DNA of 47,957 nucleotides from an uncultured Christensenellaceae bacterium (GTDB lineage Bacteria; Bacillota; Clostridia; Christensenellales; CAG-1252): NCBI GenBank assembly GCA_964619685.1, contig CAZUET010000002.1, positions 1 to 47,957 of the forward strand, read 5' to 3'. Shown piece by piece: positions 37,301 to 43,880 of this stretch (position 1 is its first letter; each line of letters starts with the position of its first letter). The notes under the pieces were generated by a model. It saw only the letters and a program-made list of their open reading frames with translations, ran no database searches and was not told where the DNA came from. The position numbers and the translations under genes were made by a program.

Positions 37301-38850
37301 CGACGAACAAGTGCTATCTTACCCTTAACATCTATACCGCTATAGTTGATAGTTTTACCTACACCAGGCACTGTTACATACTCTAATGTAACCTTTTGAT
37401 CTGTTACACCTAAATCTTCAAAAATCTCTTTAAAGAAATCGTTGGGCTTACCAGTTACGGCATTTGATTCATTGAAGAAAACCACGTCTGAACCGTTTGC
37501 TACTAAATATTTACTCTTTGTACCCGAAATGGACGCTACCGATAAAGCTGCTTCATAAGTTGATGGAGAACCAACAGTCGCTGAATCGGGATTGGTTACA
37601 AAGTTGGTGTTACCCTGTTCGCCACCGTAACCGGAGCTATAACTGTTACTTGCAGCGGTTATAAGGCTTATACCTGCTTTCTTAATCTTATCATAGATAT
37701 CATTGATAGCGTTTCCATCCTCTTCTCTTGCAAATCCGCAAGACGATCCAAGACTCATATTGATAGCATCTACGCCAAGAAGAACAGCATCCTCTAATGC
37801 TGCAGTAATATCTTCGGTCTTACCGCCGTCATCAAGGTCGGGGAATACCTTTAACAATACAAGCTGTGTTTCGATAGCAATACCTGTGATAACATCATCC
37901 TTACCTGCGATAATGCCTGCGACGTGGGTTCCATGCTCAGAGTCATATGGGTTAACATCGGGATCCTTATCTGCATAGTCATAAGAAAACGGTATCTTAG
38001 TGCTGTAATATACATCGCTTATATCGATACCCTTTGTCAAGGATGCTGCCTGAGTTTGAGATAAAACATTCTTGATATCCTGAATATTGATCATAAGATC
38101 CTCTTCGGGAATACTGTCGATATTATCGGTGCTGAATACGCTGTGAGCAAGGTCGAAGCCTGAGTCAAGAATCGCTACAGAAGTTCCTCTGCCCTTAAAA
38201 TCAACGCAGTCAGATTTATAAATACCTGTTTCGTATATGTCAACGATATTTTCTATTGCACTGTATCCGCTCTCGTTCTTTGTATCTTGAGGACGGTTAT
38301 AGGTTTCGGACATAATAATATTAGTCACACCCTTTGTTTTGGCAATATCATTCATTTGACCATACGGAACGGATAATGCTACTGCATTTAACAACGTATT
38401 GTATGTATTGACAAGTTCAACGGAATAGCCATCTCTCTTTAATGAATTGACATACTTAGACTGTTCCTTATCTATCTTTTCTACCATTTCTTGACCGATA
38501 TAGCTCTCTGCAAAATCCTTTACAGTTTGATATTCGGTATAATATCTGTCATTAAAAGCATCGAGTATGGACTCTTCGCTAAGAGTGACCATTATAACTA
38601 TTTCATCATCGTCTTTATACCCATTGTTTTCAATAAGGTAATTAGCCTTAATTTGGGAAATAGACTGCTCTTGAGTCAATTTAAGCTCACTCTTAAGTAT
38701 CTGCAGATCTTGGAAGTTGTCGTTTTTAACACTCCCCTTATCGGGTGTAACGATAGCAGAGCTGCATGCAAAAAGTGCTGTTGCCATTATCGAAAGTACC
38801 ACTATGCATACTATTAGAGTAAGTTTGTTCATCTTTGTGTTAGATCTCAT
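34114..38850 (-). CDS. subtilisin-family (S8) cell-envelope serine protease with PA insert, Fn3-like and two Big_2 domains and the first LRR units; truncated by a frameshift
   Basis: Lipoprotein signal ...IMATALFAC. Catalytic Asp VAILDSGFD, His SEHGTHVAGIIAG, oxyanion Asn INMSLGSS, Ser LSGTSMATPNLCG. The PA domain GKIALVRRGDNTFEEKALNAKAAGAIACIIYNN sits between His and Ser, as in lactocepin and C5a peptidase. AGGAG lies 5 nt before the ATG. Confidence 0.9.
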   Translation of the reverse strand: MRSNTKMNKLTLIVCIVVLSIMATALFACSSAIVTPDKGSVKNDNFQDLQILKSELKLTQEQSISQIKANYLIENNGYKDDDEIVIMVTLSEESILDAFNDRYYTEYQTVKDFAESYIGQEMVEKIDKEQSKYVNSLKRDGYSVELVNTYNTLLNAVALSVPYGQMNDIAKTKGVTNIIMSETYNRPQDTKNESGYSAIENIVDIYETGIYKSDCVDFKGRGTSVAILDSGFDLAHSVFSTDNIDSIPEEDLMINIQDIKNVLSQTQAASLTKGIDISDVYYSTKIPFSYDYADKDPDVNPYDSEHGTHVAGIIAGKDDVITGIAIETQLVLLKVFPDLDDGGKTEDITAALEDAVLLGVDAINMSLGSSCGFAREEDGNAINDIYDKIKKAGISLITAASNSYSSGYGGEQGNTNFVTNPDSATVGSPSTYEAALSVASISGTKSKYLVANGSDVVFFNESNAVTGKPNDFFKEIFEDLGVTDQKVTLEYVTVPGVGKTINYSGIDVKGKIALVRRGDNTFEEKALNAKAAGAIACIIYNNIDGDILMSMGKTDHIPTISISKDDGSKLAEKSKGTMVIDMTNQAGPFMSDFSSWGPLPSLELKPEITAHGGNIKSSVPGGGYDELSGTSMATPNLCGIVVLIRQYLKEKYPDITAPELSKLTNQMLMSTATIILNEEGNPYSPRKQGAGLASIANVVNTKAYLSVDGIDRPKLDLLDDPQRTGVYTMKFNVHNIDASSDVVYELDLVGITESVSTYEKTHVAEKATVLSNNFTVEVVNGVLNGNTVTVKAGETAKVTVVYTLTDDDKSMIDELFPYGMYVEGFVKLIDKSESQAVDLNIPFLAFYGDWTEAPMFDKTYYEVESEAHDQAIDDEDKIKADYYATTPYGSYFYNYMIPLGTYLYDVDSSMYDEIPASEDHIAISNVLGTIDGISAVYAGLLRNAKTMTYTIVDTVTGDVMYEEVFYNARKAYSVGGTPIPSYEYIRLKSAQLNLINNRTYSFSMVGRLDYGDGGEAKNVRSEFSFDFYFDDEAPVLKSATYEKVYDKTLKKDRYYINMVIYDNHYVQSITPIIFTSSSSYTFLTENPVPVYSEKGANNRVRFEITQFLEDIYADEIITSGLAFSIDDYALNSNIYICQLPGTKGEFKFTSDGTMEGGDLIILSVEEGELIDLTRYLATADSSVDENKDYLKYLVWTSSNEKVIEVKDGILKANKAGRATVTVKEQMELNQAILIINVKEKTADVAEASDSLIGNADSSKIEDIRFSYFDTLFAYSRAAQTSEIGQTGDRKFLSAMNGITFYPGEKIQLFYDLDPWYVADKYNVTFESTNPLVASVNEKGEVTGLKEGNTSIVLRVEGSSLMARVRITVKSEFVIENRSLIAYKGLGGEVVIPDDEGILYIGAYAFCLYTTDNTIELTDDDYDANKIPAMNTSVTSVIIPDGVEEIQKYAFYNCSGLRSVTIPDTVKYIRECAFYNDVKLENVDIKNVQTIGREAFKGCVKLDNIDLSKVYAIGAKAFDGCSSLSKADLSSLRNTGDTAFRHCTNLATIVTNEHTKLASAMFVDTGVEKHSRAVSSLII

Positions 38851-38860
38851 TTGGTCTCCT

Positions 38861-39115
38861 TTATTTTAACCAGAATACTAATAACAATATCGCTAAGCCA
38901 AAGCATGCAAGTACACCTAAAAATATGGGAAGATATACCTGAAACGCTGCCTTTATTGCGGCAAAGCGTTCTTTTTTGCTTAAGCCTACATTCTCTTTTT
39001 TACGGTCGTCGCCTACATAGTCGGGTCCAAACGGATTTTGCTGTACAACATTATCCATATTATATAATGTCCGTCCGTCGTCTTGGTAGGGAGCCTTCTT
39101 TTTTTTCTTAGCCAT
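38861..39115 (-). CDS. 84-aa tail-anchored small membrane protein, unknown function
   Basis: Lys-rich N-terminus (MAKKKKKAPY) and a single C-terminal TM helix (VYLPIFLGVLACFGLAILLLVFWL). It starts 2 nt after the oppF stop, and the protease ATG follows 10 nt after its own stop. No clear SD, so expression would depend on coupling. Confidence 0.5.
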   Translation of the reverse strand: MAKKKKKAPYQDDGRTLYNMDNVVQQNPFGPDYVGDDRKKENVGLSKKERFAAIKAAFQVYLPIFLGVLACFGLAILLLVFWLK

Positions 39116-39117
39116 TT

Positions 39118-40419
39118 TTATTCGTCAGTCGTGGCGTTTTCGCCGTCATTCGATCGAGTCTCATCATCGACATTTGACTTTTTCTTGAACTTTTTGAAAA
39201 TATTTATCTCGTCAAGTGCCTCTTGTCTTTCTTTATCGAATTGCGCCTTGCGTTCATTATACGCCTCGAGCTCGCTTTCATATGCGTTATAGATCTCGTC
39301 ATACTCCGCACTCCTTACCATTATTTCCTTATCATATAAGTGACATGCTACAAAATGGTCGGGTTCGACCTCAATATATTTGGGGTTACGAAGCTTACAT
39401 ACGCTCATACACTGATCGCAGCGAGTATGAAACTTACAGCCTGTTGGCGGATTCGCAGGGGATGGAATATCGCCTTGAAGTATTATTCTATTGATCTTTA
39501 CATCGGGATCGGGTACGGGAACTGCCGAGAACAGTGCTTTCGTGTACGGGTGTAGCGGATTGGCAAATATCTCGTCTGTATCACCTATTTCCATCATGTT
39601 ACCTAAATACATTACTAATATCCTATCGGTTATGTACTTAACTACCGATAGATCGTGAGAAATGAATAAATAGGTAAGTTTAAGACTGTTTTGCAGATCC
39701 TTCAATAGGTTTATAATCTGTGCTTGAATACTAACATCAAGTGCCGATACAGGCTCATCACATATGACCAATTTCGGATTAACCGCCAATGCTCTTGCTA
39801 TACAGATACGCTGACGCTGTCCGCCCGAAAACTCGTGGGGATATCTATCATAGTATTGAGTTTGTAATCCACATTTCTTCATTACATCCAATACATATTC
39901 GGTAACTTGATCATTGGGGACTATCTTGTGTACCTTGACTGCTTCTGCTATAATGCTTCCTACCGTCATTCGTGGAGGAAGACTCGAATACGGATCTTGG
40001 AATACAAGCTGAATACTTGTACGATACTTCGTCATTTGAGAACGGCTAAGGTTTGTAATATCTATTCCGTCATAAACTATACTGCCACCGGTGATATCGT
40101 GAAGCTTCAATATAGTTTTACCTAATGTAGTCTTACCGCAACCAGATTCGCCTACTATTCCTAAGGTTGTACCCTCGGGAACAGAAAAGCTTACATCGTC
40201 TACAGCCTTTAAAAACTTGATAGGCTTACCGAAAAAGTCGGTTTTTATAGGAAAGTGCTTTTTAAGATGCGCTACCTCTAATATTACCTTACCGCTTTTC
40301 TCTGCCTTTATTCTACCCTTTTCAAGTATAACATCGGTACCTTGATCTACTATTTCTAACGGAAGAATCGGCGCTTCTTCGTTAAACTTTTTAAATATTT
40401 TACTTAGATCCTTTTTCAT
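39118..40419 (-). CDS. oppF: oligopeptide ABC transporter ATP-binding protein with extended N- and C-termini
   Basis: Walker A GESGCGKTT, signature FSGGQRQR, Walker B LVICDEPVSALD, His-loop ISHDL, and the oligo_HPY C-terminal Cys motif GCKFHTRCDQCMSVC. It carries an extra ~70-aa charged helical tail. It has an ATGA overlap with oppD. Confidence 0.85.
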   Translation of the reverse strand: MKKDLSKIFKKFNEEAPILPLEIVDQGTDVILEKGRIKAEKSGKVILEVAHLKKHFPIKTDFFGKPIKFLKAVDDVSFSVPEGTTLGIVGESGCGKTTLGKTILKLHDITGGSIVYDGIDITNLSRSQMTKYRTSIQLVFQDPYSSLPPRMTVGSIIAEAVKVHKIVPNDQVTEYVLDVMKKCGLQTQYYDRYPHEFSGGQRQRICIARALAVNPKLVICDEPVSALDVSIQAQIINLLKDLQNSLKLTYLFISHDLSVVKYITDRILVMYLGNMMEIGDTDEIFANPLHPYTKALFSAVPVPDPDVKINRIILQGDIPSPANPPTGCKFHTRCDQCMSVCKLRNPKYIEVEPDHFVACHLYDKEIMVRSAEYDEIYNAYESELEAYNERKAQFDKERQEALDEINIFKKFKKKSNVDDETRSNDGENATTDE

Positions 40420-41615
40420 TGATTACCTCCGTTAGCACCGTTATCGAGCCCATTCTCTTTACTGTACAGATAACATGATACCGTATGGGTCTCGCTTACC
40501 TTAATCTCGGGAGGGTATGTACCGTCACAGCATGCCTTACACCTTGAACAACGATTCTTGAAATAACAGTGATCAGGTAGATTGATGGGGTTTGGTACCT
40601 GTCCCGGAATAGAGTACAGCGGTTCGGTCGATGATGATGTTATCAATGGCTTACTCTTCTGTAATCCAATAGTATAGGGATGAAGGGGATTATGGAAAAT
40701 CTCTTTTGCTGTTCCTTTTTCTATTACCCTGCCTGCATACATTACTACGACCTCATCAGCCATTTCTGCAATAACACCAAGGTCGTGGGTTATCAGCATA
40801 ATCGAACAATCTTGCTCTTGTTGAAGCTTTTTTAACAGCTCAAGAATCTGGGCTTGGATAGTTACATCCAATGCTGTGGTCGGCTCGTCTGCAATTATTA
40901 GCTTTGGATCGCCTACTAACGCCATTGCTATCATTACACGCTGACGCATTCCGCCCGATAACTCGTGGGGATATGATCCATATACATGCTCGGGCATAGC
41001 GATTCCGACCTTTTTTAGCATTTCGATACTGCATGCCTTTGCGTCTGCTTCGCTAATTCCGGGGTTATGGGTAAACGAAACCTCGTCAAGCTGGAAACCT
41101 ATAGTAAATACAGGATTTAAACTCGTCATCGGTTCTTGGAATATCATTGTGATATCCTTACCACGCACCTTATACATTTCATTAGTCGGCATTTTTGCTA
41201 TATTATAACCGAGCTTTCTGCCATCCTGATCATAGCCCAACTCATCAGAATTGAAACGAATCTCACCTGCTATAACCTGTCCTTGGGGAGCTTGTACAAG
41301 TTGCATTATTGATAAGGATGTTACACTCTTACCACAACCTGATTCGCCAACAACGCCTACTATCTTACTTTTAGGTATTGAAAAGCTGACACCGTTTACA
41401 GACATAACCGTTCCGTTATCGGTAAAGAAGCATGTTTTTAAGTTATCTATTTCAACGATGTTATTCTCATCCTTCATTGGTGAGGTGTACTCTTCAAGCG
41501 ATAGCTTTCTTCTTTTGAGTCCCTCGTAATACTTCATCTGCTTGATGTTGTATTTTATTATTTTACGACTATCTCTAATGGATATATAATTATTGTTTTT
41601 CTTTACATTTGCCAT
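40416..41615 (-). CDS. oppD: oligopeptide ABC transporter ATP-binding protein
   Basis: Walker A GESGCGKSV, signature LSGGMRQR, Walker B LIIADEPTTALD, ITHDL, and a C-terminal Cys cluster. AGGTGA lies 6 nt before the ATG at 41615. The ORF track begins at a GTG at 41624, which directly abuts the oppC stop. Confidence 0.85.
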   Translation of the reverse strand: MANVKKNNNYISIRDSRKIIKYNIKQMKYYEGLKRRKLSLEEYTSPMKDENNIVEIDNLKTCFFTDNGTVMSVNGVSFSIPKSKIVGVVGESGCGKSVTSLSIMQLVQAPQGQVIAGEIRFNSDELGYDQDGRKLGYNIAKMPTNEMYKVRGKDITMIFQEPMTSLNPVFTIGFQLDEVSFTHNPGISEADAKACSIEMLKKVGIAMPEHVYGSYPHELSGGMRQRVMIAMALVGDPKLIIADEPTTALDVTIQAQILELLKKLQQEQDCSIMLITHDLGVIAEMADEVVVMYAGRVIEKGTAKEIFHNPLHPYTIGLQKSKPLITSSSTEPLYSIPGQVPNPINLPDHCYFKNRCSRCKACCDGTYPPEIKVSETHTVSCYLYSKENGLDNGANGGNQ

Positions 41616-41624
41616 AGTCGTCAC

Positions 41625-42767
41625 CTACTTCTTCGCCTTGGGATCCATAGCATCACGCAAGCCGTCTCCAATAAAGTTGAAGCCCAATACCGCTATTACT
41701 ATCAATAGTCCTGCTGGTAACCACATATTGAGGTGATATGCCAATACCTGTGGATCCTTTGCGGTCGCTATCATTGTTCCCCATGCCGCCTTTGGAAGCT
41801 GAACACCTAAGCCTAAATAGCTAAGTGTGGACTCGTAAAGAATAACGCTTCCTAAACCTAATGTCATGCTTACGATAAGCTGAGGCATTACATTCGGAAT
41901 AAGATGCATGAATATCTTACGCCAAGTCGGTATACCCATAACCTCGGTGGCGGTGATATAATCCTGTTCTCTTAGCATCAATATCTGTCCTCTTACCATT
42001 CTGGCAACACCGCTCCAGCTAAATAATGTAATTATCGCCATCAATAAATAAATCCTTTGATCCGGAGTAACATTCCATGAATCTATAAGTGCAGATGCTA
42101 TCAATAGAATGGGCAATGTTGGTATACAGTTAAATATATCTACTATACGCATTATTACCTGATCTACCCAACCGCCAAAGTATCCTGCTAATCCGCCAAG
42201 AATAATACCTATCACAGTTTCTAATATTACGACGATAAAGCCTATCATCAATGAAATTCTTCCGCCGTACATTAATCGAACAAATACATCTCGTCCAAAA
42301 TTATCTGTACCCAATAGGTGATCCTTAGATGGGGATGCATATGCGTTTAATTCGGTCTTATGAACGACCTCTTCGGTAATGCTTACCACTCCTTCGCCAA
42401 AATCATAGTCAATTACCGTCTGTACAGTGGATGTAACCATCGTTCTATCTACCTCTTCCTCGGACCACTTGTCATAAATAACAGGGCCTAAAATTGCAAA
42501 TGCAAATAGGAATACTATCATACATATGCCTACGATAGATAGCTTCGAGCGGAAAAATCTTCTACCAACTAAACGAATAGGACTCATTTGTTGATAGGTT
42601 TCTTTTTCTTCTACCTCGTGAACAGCGTTTTCGGAGACCTGAGCATTGTCGATTTCGTTTTCGCCTACCGATAATTGCTCATCCTTTAAAACACAATTCT
42701 CTATAACAATATTTTCATCGGGAATACTATTTTCCGTTGTTATCAAATCGTTTTTATTCTCGTCCAT
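41625..42767 (-). CDS. oppC: oligopeptide ABC transporter permease with a ~65-aa acidic N-terminal extension
   Basis: BPD_transp_1 core with an EAA-like loop (ITATEVMGIPTWRKIFMHLIPNV). The N-terminus MDENKNDLITTENSIPDENIV... precedes the first TM. AGGTGG RBS. Confidence 0.85.
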   Translation of the reverse strand: MDENKNDLITTENSIPDENIVIENCVLKDEQLSVGENEIDNAQVSENAVHEVEEKETYQQMSPIRLVGRRFFRSKLSIVGICMIVFLFAFAILGPVIYDKWSEEEVDRTMVTSTVQTVIDYDFGEGVVSITEEVVHKTELNAYASPSKDHLLGTDNFGRDVFVRLMYGGRISLMIGFIVVILETVIGIILGGLAGYFGGWVDQVIMRIVDIFNCIPTLPILLIASALIDSWNVTPDQRIYLLMAIITLFSWSGVARMVRGQILMLREQDYITATEVMGIPTWRKIFMHLIPNVMPQLIVSMTLGLGSVILYESTLSYLGLGVQLPKAAWGTMIATAKDPQVLAYHLNMWLPAGLLIVIAVLGFNFIGDGLRDAMDPKAKK

Positions 42768-42774
42768 AATCCAC

Positions 42775-43782
42775 CTACTTCGTTATCTTGACTCTCGGGT
42801 CTACAATGGAATACATTATATCAGATAGCAATGTTCCGATAACAGTCAATATAGCAAGGAACATGTTATACCCCATTACAAACGGTATATCACCCTCGGT
42901 CAATGCTTTGTATGCCAAACGACCTATACCGTCTATGGCAAATACCTCCTCAGTTATCATCATTCCACCAAAAAGAGAGGGGAGCGTACCTGCTAAAAGG
43001 GTTGCCAACGGTATCAATGTATTTCTAAATGCATGCTTGTAGATGACCGTCTTCTCGGATAAGCCCTTTGCTCTTGCGGTACGAATATAATCTGCACTCA
43101 ACACCTCTAATGTATTGGTTCTTGTATAACGCATCAATCCACCGATAGAAAGAATTACACTGACAAATATAGGTAATATCAAATGCTCTACCATATCACC
43201 AAGCTTGGATATAAATCCAATAAAATCTTCGGTGTAATTGGCTGATGCGGAAATCAAACCGTTAGATGGCAATATCTTTAAGTCTACTGCAAATATCTTA
43301 ACAACTATGGCTGAAAAGAAATATGTAGGCAATGATAAGCCTATCATAGTAAACACGGTAACTGCATAATCTCTTGCAGAATATTGGTGTGTAGCAGACG
43401 ATATTCCCAATGGTATCGCTATTAAAAATTGAAGAACTGTGGCTATGAACGCTATCGCAAACGATATCCACATATTCTCAACTATAACTGTGCCTACTGG
43501 TTTTTCATACTTAAAGGAAATACCAAGATCGCCTTTACACATATTACCAAACCATTTGAAGTATCCGCCTACTATTCCTTTAAAGGACGAGTCACCTATA
43601 CCATACAGATTCTTAAATTCGTCGATATCCTCTTGGGTTATCTGTCCTTGCTGAAGCTGTGAGGAATACTTGTTATCCACATAGTCGGTCGGCATAAGAC
43701 GAACCATCGTATAGATGATTAGCGAAACACCGATCAATATTATTATGGATATCAATAATCTTTTAACTATATATTTAAACAT
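42775..43782 (-). CDS. oppB: oligopeptide ABC transporter permease
   Basis: The N-terminus MFKYIVKRLLISIIILIGVSLIIY is typical of OppB/DppB. EAA loop DYIRTARAKGLSEKTVIYKHAFRN. Confidence 0.9.
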   Translation of the reverse strand: MFKYIVKRLLISIIILIGVSLIIYTMVRLMPTDYVDNKYSSQLQQGQITQEDIDEFKNLYGIGDSSFKGIVGGYFKWFGNMCKGDLGISFKYEKPVGTVIVENMWISFAIAFIATVLQFLIAIPLGISSATHQYSARDYAVTVFTMIGLSLPTYFFSAIVVKIFAVDLKILPSNGLISASANYTEDFIGFISKLGDMVEHLILPIFVSVILSIGGLMRYTRTNTLEVLSADYIRTARAKGLSEKTVIYKHAFRNTLIPLATLLAGTLPSLFGGMMITEEVFAIDGIGRLAYKALTEGDIPFVMGYNMFLAILTVIGTLLSDIMYSIVDPRVKITK

Positions 43783-43796
43783 ATTATTATCCTATT

Positions 43797-43826
43797 TACC
43801 CTTCTCCGTAAAAACAGAGAAGGGTA
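43797..43826 (-). promoter_or_regulatory. intercistronic stem-loop between oppA and oppB
   Basis: Perfect 10-bp stem TACCCTTCTC (43797-43806) / GAGAAGGGTA (43817-43826), 10-nt loop, no U-tail on the sense strand. Confidence 0.55.
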
Positions 43827-43880
43827 CTATGAAAGTATAACTAAATTTAATAAAAACCGAAATTCTATATTTTTGTATTT

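Noticed and set aside
39099-39106. A8/T8 homopolymer in the first codons of the 84-aa ORF as a slipped-strand phase-variation tract.
   Set aside because: It is short for a contingency locus, and Lys-rich N-termini encoded by AAA/AAG runs are common here (all the lipoprotein signal peptides start MKK...). There is no evidence of length heterogeneity from a single sequence.
38851-39111. Plus-strand 86-aa ORF in the oppF-protease spacer.
   Set aside because: It is on the opposite strand to the whole operon and has no RBS. The minus-strand 84-aa ORF has a clean TM helix and tight coupling distances, so I preferred that one, although itself only at 0.5 confidence.
39118-41615. Cys clusters at the C-termini of OppD and OppF as a novel metal site.
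   Set aside because: The GC.F..RC......C...C pattern is the ordinary oligo_HPY C-terminal motif of OppD/OppF-type ATPases, reported to bind an Fe-S cluster in some systems. It is not unusual.
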